64,000 bases of DNA from Anthoceros angustus. Taxonomy: Eukaryota > Plantae > Anthocerotophyta. The notes beneath the pieces were generated by a model that was given only the letters and a program-made list of their open reading frames with translations, had not been told where the DNA came from and ran no database searches. Positions 1-12,072 of this stretch are shown here, in pieces (the first letter of the stretch is position 1; each line of letters begins with the position of its first letter). Both the position numbers and the translations under genes were made by a program. The stretch lies in contig MU008181.1 in assembly GCA_010909165.1 (NCBI GenBank), positions 496,001-560,000 on the forward strand, in the 5' to 3' direction.

Positions 1-2168
1 AACAGAATGAGCTAACCTGGTGCAGAAGCTCCCCATCAACAGGACGACTGCTCAGCAGCAACAAAACGAAATCCTGAAGCACACCGCAGGATGAGGCCTC
101 AGCAATCCGTCAACAGTCAACAATGTCCTGTTCAACCATTCAAGTTTTTCTGACCTTAAAGCGCATACGAAGAAAGTTATCTTCTGAAAACCATGATGAA
201 TCCAGGAATGGAACGTTAGGCTTGGCGGCCGCTCCGACAGCATCTGGCTCCAGACTGAGCTTCAGTTGCCAATACAGCACAACCAGAAACTGCAGGATGC
301 AAGATCCGTAAGATATTAGGTGTGCCGCTTGCTACAAGCCCTGCTCACATACTGTGCAATTTCTGCGTACTGAGGACAAGGCCAAATACCTTACTGAACA
401 ACACCGTTCGCATGTGTAAAGGCTGCAAGTGACATAAGACAAATTCAGCGGCAGAGCAGGTAACACGCAGCCCCATAAGCTACCAACTTCAGAAACGTGC
501 AGTGCGTGTGAAGAACAATAACCGAAACCAAACAACAACGGCAGCTTACTGCTGCTTCACAGCTCAGCATGAGGTTGATGAGCTCTTTCCACTGGCGAAA
601 ACCTTCAAGCGATTGCCCCATCTACAAACTCCGGATTGTTGACATGAGATGACTTCGCCTTCAAAATGCTGGAGCTGCTCAACCACGTGATATAGTTTCT
701 GGGACTCACCAGAAAGGCCACAAAGGAGAATTGCAATTCCCCCAAAAGCAGATTCTCATTATCCTTGAAGTGCTGATGCAACAAACTCTCCAAAGCTGTG
801 CTCTGAATATACCATTAAGCAGCTGATAGAGCACTGCGGCCAGAACCCCTCCAACCGCAGGATTTACTGATCATTTAAACAAGACACCACACACGCTACA
901 TGAAGAAAGGTTTACCTTGTCCAAATTTAAGGCTGTTAACTCAGAGGCAGACAATCCGGCCCTCTTTACAAGCTGTGGCAGGGGTGTGTAAAAGCATCGC
1001 CCGGTACCCTTCCCTTGAGAAGTCTCCACTTCTGATGAGGCCGTGGCAACATGTTCTTCACTGGAGCAAACGGTCCTTTGAAGCTCAATCTGCTTCATGA
1101 GCTTCCTCTCAGCAGGGCTTGCAAGATAATTCTCTGCAACGTGAGCCTCTGCCAGGATGCTGATGTTTCCCCCAATAGGCTCTGTCCACACAGGTTCCCA
1201 GTCAGAGATGAGCGCATAACAAAGATTTCATGACTAGAACCCATGAATGGATCATGGCACCAGCTCACCTAGACGGCTGATGACATCAGCCGTGATGTAG
1301 TTTGTGAGGTGTTCCCAGGATCCGAAGTGATGAATGTCATAAGCTCCAAGATGCTTGTCAAAATCAAAGTTTCGAACGCCTTGCACAAAGCGCTCCTCCT
1401 GAGAAAGTTATCTGCACTCTCCAAGTCAATTGAGGCACGAGCAAAACCGATTGACGCAAGCCCACTTTCAAATTCACAGGGTTGAGTAGTCCTTCACCTC
1501 ACTGCTATCCGAAACTCTGATGAGGGTCTCAGTCTCTGGATCCCATCTTCGGACTATCACCTGCATGCAATCATCTCCATAACAAAATGTTGCAGCCCAT
1601 TCCCAGACATTCCTGATACCGGCAGACAATGCAAAACCAGCCTATCAACCACAACGAGCCATCCAATATCCGACCTGCGAAGTACTGAGGTGCAGAAAAA
1701 ATCCAGTAACCGGCGAAGCATCATGTCCATGTCTGTCGACACAACCGTTAGCACACTGCAATTTTCTTAAGCATCCAACAAGACCAAAGAGTTATCTGCT
1801 AGCTGCTGAAATTGGTGAACTTACTTGCTGCTGGAACTGTAGTACACAAAGTGAGGACCAGGAGGAAGCATCTTCACTCCTTGGAAGTTGGGTCCAAGAG
1901 CAAACATCTACGATAACATAGAAGTAAGCCTCCCAACCCCCTCAAGCAAGTGGCGCAACCCAGGCATCCTGGCCCGTCAACAGGAACAAAGAAAGAAAGA
2001 AAGAAAGAAAGAAAGAAAAAGGAGGAGACACCCAACCTTCATGTCAATCCCCAACATCGTTGTGGGGGGCACACCCAGCAGCAGGAAGGAACCCCCGGCC
2101 TTGGTCAATTCCAAGGCCCTCTCTGGATCCAAGTGCACACCGTAAGGTGGCTGGTCGGAACCTGCCAT
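1..2168 (-). CDS. AAR2: AAR2 U5 snRNP assembly/splicing factor, multi-exon, 3' end runs off the window
   Basis: ATG at 2168. Exon 1 (2168-2037) LDPERALELTKAGGSFLLLGVP; exon 2 (1907-1825) MFALGPNFQGVKMLPPGPHFVYYSS; later exons LLGELQFSFVAFL and MGQSLEGFRQWKELINLMLSCEAA. These are typical plant AAR2 motifs, with GT-AG introns. Confidence 0.92.
1988..2019. repeat. (AAAG)n microsatellite in AAR2 intron 1
   Basis: About 7 perfect AAAG units read directly. Confidence 0.9.
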
Positions 2169-2303
2169 TTTCACCACTTCGCCACAAATGAAAGTTTCCT
2201 AGGGTTCTTAAACCCTGGGTTCTTAAACCTTGGGTTCTTAAACCCTGGGTTCCTTCATAAACCCTACCCGGTTTAGAACTATCTCCAGGGCCGAAGTGGG
2301 GCG
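2169..2303. promoter_or_regulatory. Bidirectional promoter with telo-box-like repeats
   Basis: 135 bp between divergent ATGs; 3 x 15-bp unit GGGTTCTTAAACCCT (2202-2246), TAGGGTT at 2200 and AAACCCTA at 2259-2266. Confidence 0.65.
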
Positions 2304-3538
2304 ATGTCGGGGTCCCAAGCTGGGGCATCCTCGACGGCTGAACATCTGAAGGTGGTGTCAGCCAAGTTTGGGACCTGTTTGCACCCGTCGCGCGGCGCCA
2401 ACGTGAAGCTGGGCGTCGCTGAAACTCTCAATTCACTACTATTCAAGTAAGAACGTGATTGCCAGCGATCGTTGTGCTTTCGCAGTCCGAAGCGAATTCT
2501 CACCATCTTGCCATGCAGATATACCGAAGAGTTTGATGGAGTTGTGCTGGCGTATCTGCATCCCAAGCTTGTAGGGCGTACTGGCAAAATTCTCGACGGG
2601 CTTTACCCTTACTTCCATGTGGAGATAGCAGCCAAATTGCTGTTGTTTTGTCCCAAATCTGGAATGAAGCTAGGTGAATGGGCTTGAGGTCATGCCTTTC
2701 CTGATCAGTCCTGTTTTCCTTCGATTCTCTTGCTGTGATAATGAACTGTGCGCTGAGCAATGAGGTGCTTATTGTATGGTGCAGATGGGAAGGTAAACAA
2801 GCTGGGAAAGGACCATCTAGGTGTTTTGGTTTTGAACATCTTCAATGCGTCAATTGCGGTAGCTGACATCAGAGATGACCTCCAGTACCAGGGCCCGGTA
2901 CTGCATATGCTTCTTTTGCGACGCAGGTTGTCATTTTTAGATTTCCCTTTGCTCTGACAGTATGATGACCAAATGCTGCATGCAGGAAGGTGATTCTGTA
3001 CCACACTCTCAAAGAGCCTGGTGCAGCAGGTCTGACAGAAGGCATGTCATTAGGCTTGGGAGTATTATCACCTTCACGGTGAAGAGGTGGGTTTCTCTGT
3101 CGCCCTTCATCTGTGCACGACAAGCAGGAAACATGATCTTCCTGTTCTGTTTTTCTAGCGTTTCTAATCTACGAGCCTGTGCAGTGTGCAGGAAGCGGAG
3201 CAGTCCATAGATATCACCGGTTCTCTGCAGTCCGAAAATACAGGATGTTCGTTGTGGCTGGCCTGCCGGTCCAAGCCTCAAAAACTGGTTCCTAATCGTG
3301 CGACAGCCAGCAGGTTGGTGGCGACTTTCACATATCCTCCGTTTCTTATCCCTTTCAGCTTGGAAGCTAGCTCCTCAGCCTTGCCTCTTTGTTCCCCAGG
3401 GTTACACAGAATGGTCAGCCTACGCACAAACCACACCTCGCAGTCACGAGCCTTGATGTCAAGAAGAGAGCAAGGGAGGGGGAAGTCGATGAGAATGCTG
3501 TTCAAAAGAATCACAAATTCAAGAGAAAAAAGCATTGA
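2304..3538 (+). CDS. RPA43: RNA polymerase I subunit RPA43 (NRPA7-like), multi-exon
   Basis: ATG 2304: MSGS...CLHPSRGANV...LNSLLFK|YTEEFDGVVLAY...KILDGLYPYFHV...LLLFCPK...GKVNKLGKDHLGVLVLNIFNASIAVADIR. Basic C-terminus ...KFKRKKH then TGA 3536-3538. Confidence 0.88.
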
Positions 3539-3935
3539 GCGTTGAAGACCTTGACTTAGACGTAGGTGCATCATTTGATTCTTTGCTATGGCTGGTGAAT
3601 GTAACACACGTCGTGAAAGAACACGACTCTGTTATTTATTTAAAATGGTTATCACTCCTGAACGGACTGCAACCATAGAAGATACTGGGGAGGTACTCGC
3701 TGAATTCGGTGAATACCAAAACACTTGAGAATTCGAAGCTGACGCAATCAGCGGCCTGTTGATAAGCTCGCCTTCACTTCAGTGAGGTTCAGCGTGGAGT
3801 GTACTTGATTAGGGCAGCTACGTTTCGTATGAAAATAACGAAACGTTTATATTCCAAGGGCCTTCCCTTACGGAAATCGTTGTTTCGCCTCGCTCCACTT
3901 GTCGTCCGCGCTTGTTCTTGCCAGTTGTTGTGGAA

Positions 3936-6900
3936 ATGGAGGCCGACTTCGACTTGATCGACGACGAATGGGTGCTTGCGCAAGATGTAGGAGGCTCAGG
4001 AGAATTTTCTAGTGCTCTCCAGGATGAGCCGAAAATCCAATTTTTTGAGCCTGCTGTGTTCTGGACAGAGGCCTTGCCTGTGGGGAATGGAAAGCTTGGA
4101 GCCATGGTGTTTGGTGGTGTGGAATCCGAGCTTCTTCAGCTTAATGGTATCTGTACCCTCTGTTTTTTTCCATTGCTGGTTTCTGGTGTGCGAAAGTGGA
4201 ACTGAACGCAATAAACTGAGACTGCCACTGAGTGTGCAGAGGACAGTCTTTGGTCTGGGGGCCCCAGGGACTGGGACAACCCCAGGGCAGCTGAACTGTT
4301 ACCTCAAGTAAGGAGTCTAGTGTGGGGAGGACGCTACGCAGAGGCCTCATCGTTGTCCCGCCAAATGTTGGGACCATATGCCCAGGTGATCTTTACTGCT
4401 GCAGTTGTCCACGAGGTCAAGCACCTTGCTCAGTACTATTGGCTTCCACTGAGTTTCTGTGAGTTGTCCTGCTTCGCATTTCGTTCACCCAATGTCAGTC
4501 CTGATGAACAACAGGTGTACCAACCAATGGCTGATTTGAGGCTGACCTTTGAGCACCGGGGATACGACACTAGCAGCTATTGTAGAGACCTGGACCTAAA
4601 CAAGGCAGTAGTGTCCACCGTCTACCATGTCGACGCCACATCCTTCACACGTGAGGTTTTCTGTTCTCGAGCTCATCAGGTTCTGGTAGTGAGGATCTCG
4701 ACAAGCAGCAGGAGTGCCTTAACCTTCCAGATAAACCTTGACAGCCAGCTACAGGAGATAAGAAGAGATCTGGGAGTGGATCGTTTCGTTCTGCAGGGCC
4801 GGTGTCCCGGACATGTTCCAGATCCGGGCTCTTATGGACCCTGTACGGGAGAGGGTGGGAATGACTTATCTAAAACCAGAGAACTAGGTATGGCTTTTGC
4901 AGCAATTCTGGAGGTGCGAGTCAGTGAGAGAGGACAAATACGAGTGGACAACGATCATACTCTTAGAGTAGAAACAGCAGACTGGGCTGTTTTGCTGATA
5001 GCTGCAGCTTCCTCTTTTGCTGGGCCTTTGCAGGATCCTGTCACTGCAGGCAGGGACCCTGTTGCAGCTTCCTTGGAGGTGCTCAATGCCTTGCACGGTG
5101 TTTCCTTTCATGAGATTCTTTCGTCCCACCTGGCAGACTATCAGCCACTCTTCAAACGTGTTTGTCTTTCCCTCTCCAAATCAAGCGTTCTCATGCCCTC
5201 GAACGACAAAGCTCCTGCTGGAACAGGAAGGCTGCAAACTCGAAAAGCTTCCACGAAAGAGAGGATTCAAGCGTTTAACCAGAATGAAGATCCAGCTTTG
5301 GTGGTTTTGCTGTTCCAGTTTGGCCGATATTTGTTGCTTGCATCTTCGAGACCTGGCAGCTTTGTTGCCAATCTGCAGGGACTGTGGAACAAGGATTTGT
5401 TACCTTCTTGGAGGTGGGCTGTATTTATACTGCTGGAACATTTAGCTCCTCTTGATGGCCTCAGCTCTCTGGTATAGACCAATGACAAACTTCCGCTTGT
5501 CATAGGTGTGTACCTCATTTGAACATCAACCTGGAAATGAATTACTGGCCAGCCGAAACCTGCAACCTTTCAGAATGCCACGAGCCCCTGTTCGATCTGG
5601 TCTCTTCACTAGCTATAGCTGGCAGCACTACTGCCAAGGTATGTGGTGCAACGTACTGGTTGCAAGACCTTGATTGGACCCTTTTACAACCGTTCCTGCA
5701 ATGTGAACTGCAGGTAAATTATGGGATGAGTGGGTGGGTTTGCCATCACAATGCAGATATCTGGGCACAGACGGCACCTGTTGGAGGTGATCCGGTCTGG
5801 GCACTTTGGCCCATGGGCGGAGCTTGGTTATCGCTGCATCTCTGGGAGCATTATGCTTTCTCCTTAGACAAAGTAAGCATCTCTTTGTTTAGTGAAGTTC
5901 TGCTCGTGTTAAAAGAATTCCAACAGGGTTTTGTCTTCATATGCAGACTTTTCTTGAGAGAAGGGCGTATCCACTGCTGAAGAGCTGTTCGGAATTCCTC
6001 CTGGACTGGCTTGTAGAGGATGGTGAAGGCCATCTTGTCACCAACCCATCAACATCTCCAGAGCATTACTTCATTGCCCCATCAGGTGAAGAAGCATGTG
6101 TGACCTATGCTACGGCCATGGATATGGCCATCATTTGGGAGGTATTTTCTGCTGTTACTTCAGCAGCTCAGGTATGGCTTTTGAGTTGTAAACTTCATTC
6201 CTGATTCTTCCTTGCAGGGGGTGAAGGATATAGCCTTACTTGCTTCTCTGTGTGCTGCACAGGAACTCGGAAACATGGATGACCACTTCTTAGGACGAGT
6301 GAGAGATGCACAACAGCGGCTACTAAGACCCAAAATAGGGGAGAACGGTTTGCTACTGGAATGGGTGGGCAATGGTCATGAGCTGGCGTACCAGTAAGTA
6401 AAATTGCTGCTTGAAGGAACAGCTTGATCTAAACGGAAAGTGATGTCATCGTGCCACAGCCCGAGGAGTATGGCGACACAGAGGAACATCACAGGCACAT
6501 GTCGCACCTGTTTGGCCTTTTTCCAGGCCACTCCATCACGCTTGACAGCAGTCCTGAGCTGTGCAAAGCGGCTGTTCAGAGCATCATCAAGAGAGGTGAG
6601 TACACTATTGTCAGCTTTGATCTTAATATCACCAGGCGTTTTATTTTGGACTCAGCACACCAGAGTATAATGTCAGGAGAAGCGGGACCAGGATGGTCAA
6701 TGGCATGGAAGATAGCACTATGGGCACGCCTGTGTGAAGCTGACCGTGCTTTCAGTATGGTCAAAAGAATGTACAAGTTGATTGATGCTGCAGAAACAAG
6801 AGAGCTATTTGATGGTGGGGGCCTTTATGCAAACCTCTTCAATGCACATCCTCCATTCCAAATCGATGGAAACTTTGGGTGAGATCAACTATATATTGCC

Positions 6901-7344
6901 CCTAGCTAGCTTCAACCATTAAAAGCCTGCATGTAAATCGAGGGACTAAGCATTGGCTCGTGTCTGCGTAGGTTTACAGCTGGGATTGCCGAGATGCTGC
7001 TGCAAAGTGACAGATTCTACATCCATCTTCTTCCTGCATTACCCCACGTCTGGCTATCAGGTCATGTGTCTGGTCTTCGGGCCAGAGGCGCCGCAACTGT
7101 GGCCATGAGTTGGGAGAACGGGCTCCTTCTGAGAGTCACTTTGGAGATTGGAGAGGGAGGGTCAAGGGAGAGGGAGATACGGTACCTCTCAAGGAGAGTC
7201 TTGCTGGTCGTAAAAGAAAAGGGAACGTACACTCTTGATGGTCGTTTGAGTCTCATGGAGACAAAGGCTTCCATAGCAGAACCTTTAAAGATGGGAAATC
7301 TCAAATTGGGCACTAAATGCTGTGCCCAACGCTCACATCAGTAA
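3936..7344 (+). CDS. Alpha-L-fucosidase 2, glycoside hydrolase family 95 (AXY8/FUC95A-like), multi-exon
   Basis: Motifs WTEALPVGNGKLGAMVFGG, LFQFGRYLLLASSRPG, ANLQGLWN, NINLEMNYWPAE, TNPSTSPEH, HHRHMSHLFG, GPGWSMAWK, NLFNAHPPFQIDGNFG, LLPALP and GLRARG in order, separated by GT-AG introns. Confidence 0.95.
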
Positions 7345-7727
7345 GGGGTCCTTACGACTGCCAGTTGTCAGGTCACTTTAGGGCCAAGTGGACAGTTCAG
7401 TTTCGAAGTGGACAATTTAATTTTATTTGAATTTCCACCTAAACTGGCCAGGATGAATGGTTTCCATGCGTCGTTTAGCTCGTTTCAATGCTGACCTGGC
7501 TGGAATTCAATGCTAACCTGGCTGAAATTAATGCTGACCTGGCGGAGATTCAATGCTGACCTGGCTAATCAATGCTGACGTGGCTGAACTTAATGCTGAC
7601 CTGGTTGGATTTCAATGCTGACCTGGCTAGTAAGCTGGGTGGAACTGAACCGAAGAAGCCGAAGTGGCCGAACTGAACTCCCAAAGTGGCTGAACTGAGC
7701 TCCCGAACTGGCAGTGCGGAATCGTCC
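7345..7727. mobile_element. Putative MITE (degenerate TIRs, TAA flanks) with internal ~21-bp tandem repeats
   Basis: GG..(12 nt)..ACTGCCAGTT at the left end and its reverse complement in the same register at the right end. TAA lies on both sides (7342-7344, 7728-7730). About 7 copies of AATGCTGACCTGGC at 7484-7630. Confidence 0.45.
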
Positions 7728-7883
7728 TAACCGGCGCCGATGGTGACCAAGATGGCAGAGCACAGCAACGCGGTGAGCGCGGCGAGGTGGTGATCGCGAG
7801 AGTGTGGCCCCTCTGCAGGGACTGCCCTCCTCTCCCCGTTCCCTGGCCTGCACGTCTCCGACGCCTCCCCCTCCCCAACCACT

Positions 7884-8252
7884 ATGGCCCAAGCTGGCCA
7901 CCCATCGTCATCCCAGAGCTCCACAGCCGCGGAGGCGCAGACGTGGAAGAAGTTCACAGCTGAAGTGGAAAAGATTTTGCGATCCACCTTCGACGACGCC
8001 TGGGACTTGCGGCTCCTCCCCCCTCGTTACCCAGCCCCCAGTGAGGCGGACGTTCGGAGGTGGTTTAAAAGAATGCCCACCAGGCGCGCGCATCTCTTGG
8101 TGAAGACACGGCTTCAGGAGATGGGGCAATGTGCAGATGAGATTGAGCTAATGCAGGGTGGCCGGCTGTCCCCTGAGTTTCAACCCTGGCTAGCTGATCA
8201 GCGTAGGACCATCCTCATGATGCTCGCAGTGATGGAGGAGGTATTGCGTTGA
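7884..8252 (+). CDS. Hypothetical 122-aa protein, no recognised family
   Basis: ATG-initiated GC-rich open frame only. Confidence 0.3.
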   Translation: MAQAGHPSSSQSSTAAEAQTWKKFTAEVEKILRSTFDDAWDLRLLPPRYPAPSEADVRRWFKRMPTRRAHLLVKTRLQEMGQCADEIELMQGGRLSPEFQPWLADQRRTILMMLAVMEEVLR

Positions 8253-8399
8253 GCTATGTCCGGGTGTTATCTCACAGGTTGTGTCTTCTTCTACTTTTCT
8301 TCCTCTTCTTCTACTTATTTTTCTTCTTTTTCCTCCGCTTCCTCTTTCTCTGTTCCTGCTCCTCTTCACCCTCCCACTTCGGCCTCCTCCACTTCTTCC

Positions 8400-8572
8400 T
8401 CCTCGTCGTCAACAAGTTGTGTCAACAGGGGCATCTGGTAGAGGCTGTTGATGCTTTGGGAGACATGGTGCAGACGGGGTGTGGACGTTTCGGCTCGTTT
8501 TGTAGTGTTTTGAAGAAATGTGTAGTGAAAAAAGATGTTGTGGGGCGCCGTGTGCTTGCTTTAACGGTGTGA
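8400..8572 (+). pseudogene. Degenerate N-terminal fragment of a PPR protein
   Basis: VNKLCQQGHLVEAVDAL...SVLKKC...GRRV resembles PLS-PPR N-termini. Confidence 0.45.
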
Positions 8573-9075
8573 AAGGGGTACGAGACGAAAACCAAACTCG
8601 GCGGATGTATGCTTCCCATAGCAGAATTAGAAGCGATGGATGTGCTCATCGGGGTTACAGAACCAGATACCTTCATGTGGTTCTCCTTGATTTCGGCTCA
8701 TGTTTTATAAACAGGGACAGGACAAGCGGGCGGCAAACACATGGCCATGGGCCTTCACCTCTAATGTGCGCATGGACCGATTGGTCGGTCCTGTTTGCAC
8801 ATTCTCTTTCTAACCACTTGTATGAACAGGGAAGGGAAGCCTGGCTGTGAACCATTAACACTTTCGTGCTTAACACTCTCCCCAAAAACATGTTTGTTGT
8901 CCAGCCTTCTGCACTTCGAGCATGTTATGAAAAACTGTGGAAGTTCAAGTGAGTCAGGTGTGCAGATGAAAACTCCTCAGGTACCATGAAAACCAAAGTT
9001 GAACCATCTAGATCAAACCCGGGCCAGTCTGCTTTGCTATGAAGTTATCATCCTCAAACTTGCTACCATATATGC

Positions 9076-9422
9076 TCACACATCCACTGCCGTCTTCCTG
9101 TAAGCAATACCGCAGAAAGCTCGTAATGACATTTCTGGATATTCAGCGGACACAACGATGGGAGACAGCGCTGTTTCGTCGAGGTTGAGGAGATGAACCA
9201 GATTCATGGCAGAAATTATTGCTGCCGATCCAGCCCCGGTTGCTGAGCCTGCACAAAGAGAAAAACAACGACAACCAAATGACAGGACAGGGAAGGAAGC
9301 AAGCAGCTGGCGAGAAGAGAGCAGTTCGTGAGCAAGTGGAGACTGTACCTGCACCATAAGTTGAAGGGAGGAGGGGATAGCCATTTCCAAGTGCACATTT
9401 GTTGGAAGCTGAGTTCTGCACT
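9076..9422 (-). other. Two in-frame spliced 3' exons of an unidentified gene or gene fragment
   Basis: Canonical GT-AG intron 9348-9249 joins ...CALGNGYPLLPSTYGA|GSATGAGSAAIISAMNLVHLL...YRKTAVDV*. Upstream exons were not resolved. Confidence 0.3.
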
Positions 9423-9519
9423 CTGCAAGATCAGAGAGAGCAACATGAAAAGCTCATGGCAGACGTAGTAGCCAGCAATATTAACGCTGGGCGAGAAAGA
9501 GCTGAGCAAATATATCAAC

Positions 9520-9870
9520 TGGTCTCTGAGCGTCTTCCATGCTGAGGCACTTTGCAAACATGTTCACCAGACTGTTGGCCACAAGCACGCAGATTCATGT
9601 CTTCGATGCTGCCGCACTTCTCACTAAAGATATATTCACCACAATGCTGGCCACAAGCACATCAGCTTGACGATTTCCTTTTTAGATTTCTGCATGAATC
9701 TGCTTCCACTTAGTCAATTGGAGGGCCACACTCGCACATGCCTGAAACCCAGGCTCACCAAAGTCACAGAATCGGCTACAGCCCTACCCTCTGCTGACAT
9801 CGCACAGGATAGACGAATGGCTTCCTGCCCCATGCTCTGCTGGGTGTGCAGGCCCTTCATGGGTGCCTGC
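9520..9870 (-). pseudogene. PLS-class PPR pseudogene fragment
   Basis: GQEAIRL..AMSAEG..ADSVTLVS; KQIHAEI*KG..ADVLVA; KCGSIED; VLVANSLVNMFAKCLSMEDA, with a stop and frameshifts. Confidence 0.7.
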
Positions 9871-10507
9871 CACCCATATATGACATCGCATATAATAAAC
9901 AAGCAATTCGTACAAAGGGAACGGACTCGAGAATCCTGTTCAGCATGCATCATCAAACATTCACATGAGTTGTATTGCTGAACACCAGTGAAACACACTG
10001 ATCACCCTACAAAGTATGGATGTGGTATCACTTCCATGGAATAATTCAACCAAAACCTCGAAACAAGCAGATGATCGGCAGTAGTCTGAAAAATCTGATG
10101 CGTCAAGAGCCGCGAGTGAAATATCCACAAACATGACAAAGAACGACGACCATGTCTTCGCGTCTGTTCACCCACAGTTCATCGTTCACACCTTACACAC
10201 TGCGATCAAACACGGTGACAACTTACAGCAGACTTGTAATCTTGCTCAATCGGGCTATACTCATCAGAAGACGTCTTACAAGCTTAAGGACCTTCTCTCT
10301 CTGGTAGGGCCGGAGCCTTCACCCTCTCTCTGACCTGTCCAGATATACATGCCCCACGTAGCTGATCTCCTCACTGTTATGTGCCAGGTGTATGTTAACT
10401 GGACTTGGATAATCTCTCAACGCTTGTACAGAAGCATGGACCATCAATTTCCAGATTCTCGCAGTCCGATTCAAACACCTGCAAATTCGTTCACCGGTTG
10501 GCGAATT

Positions 10508-10993
10508 TCACGTTCCTGAATACCCACGATTCCCCGGCGCACGGCGGCTGGAGTTGAAAGAAATCCAGCTTGGGAGCGGGCCACGCAGATGGCGAGAGTA
10601 ATCATGTGGTGCGCGAGTTGGAACAACGGCTCTCTTAACTGGACGCACAGGCGGCGCGGCTTGAGCTGGAACAGGCGCTGCAGGAGTTGCAAACGCTGAT
10701 GATACCTTGGTCCAAAGTCGCTGCAGAAGGGAAGGAGTTCCCTGCATCTTCCTTGGTTTCAAGTAGGCCTGAGCTGCCTTCTCTACCAAATTGTTGCTGA
10801 TACAAGGTCGCTGCACCTCCCAGGTGATTGGGTTCTGCCCATATGCAAACGGCCAGGCGATTATCATCCATCGGCCCTGATCCGCCGGCATCAGATCCCG
10901 GAGGCTGGTATAGGAAGCTGCAGATTCGGCTTGGAAGCTGATCACGTCAGCACACACAACCGCGGTCCTCCGCTGAAGCAGCTGCACAGCCAT
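10508..10993 (-). CDS. Small conserved plant protein of unknown function
   Basis: Single-exon ORF with YTSLRDL and ISNNLVEKAAQAYLKP, matching an uncharacterised plant family motif pair (YTSL[KR]D...I.N.LV..AA.AYL.P) as I recall it. Confidence 0.6.
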   Translation of the reverse strand: MAVQLLQRRTAVVCADVISFQAESAASYTSLRDLMPADQGRWMIIAWPFAYGQNPITWEVQRPCISNNLVEKAAQAYLKPRKMQGTPSLLQRLWTKVSSAFATPAAPVPAQAAPPVRPVKRAVVPTRAPHDYSRHLRGPLPSWISFNSSRRAPGNRGYSGT

Positions 10994-12072
10994 CAAATCT
11001 GTCCGCTCCCAAGCCTCCTTTGATAGAAAACAATTAGTAAATAGTCTGCAAGAGAAATATGTATGTAGCCCTTGGGCTTGGCATAATCTCCATAGCTATA
11101 AACCCTATCACGATGTAAGCACCGTCCGTTATAGTTTTAGAACAGCGATGGAAGATCTTCAAACTCAATTGGAAGTCCCTAACCAGGAGTAGAAAACTTT
11201 TTAAGTTTGTTTTTTCAACACAGAGTTAATAAATTTTGATTAAAATTATTAAAATAAACTATTAATTTATTTTAAGCGATATCAAAAAGAAAAGAATACA
11301 ACGAGAGAGTCTGAGACGCTAAAAATTTCATCTAAGACGCTAAAAATTTCATCAACACTGGTTTTGAAAATACGCTAAGTATAGGGTATATTATGATTGC
11401 ATCTAAGGAGGAATCCATACACATTCAAGAAGTATGGTGATCAGTTGTCCACAAAAAGAGGAAGTCTGGTGATCATAAGCTTTTAACCATATAACACTAA
11501 AGGCTATGTGAGAAACCAAAGGTCATAGAGAGTACAAGGTATATTGTAATTCCATCTAACCAGGAAATCTGCACCCAATAAGAAGTTTGGTGATGTTGTC
11601 CACAAAAAAAGAGAAGTACATATAATAATTGTTGGAAACCCATAATCTTTTAACAATAGAAGACCAAAGGGCATGTAAGCAAAAATCTAAAGGTCAAGTT
11701 GAATGAATAATAGACTAACGACTAGACTAAAAGTGCTAGGAAACAAGACCATGCTGGCTAACTTTGAGTAATAAGTTAGTGTTTATGTGTGCCATACTTC
11801 ATAGTGTCTGTCATGTTCCATCTGGTCTCTATTGTAATGGGTCTGTGTGTAGTCTTTGAAGAAATGTACTTCTCATTTTCTAACCTTGTATCAATTCATT
11901 GTTTAGCCTGAATATGTTCCACCTCTTGCTACTCAAAAAACTATAGATTGTAGAGTAGTCTAAACTTTTGCAAACTTGTATAAGCCCATGATCTAAGCAA
12001 GACCGCTAGCGATCTTCAATCGAAGAATCAATATTATATATGCCTTCTTTAGTTTTTTTTGCACATGACTTT

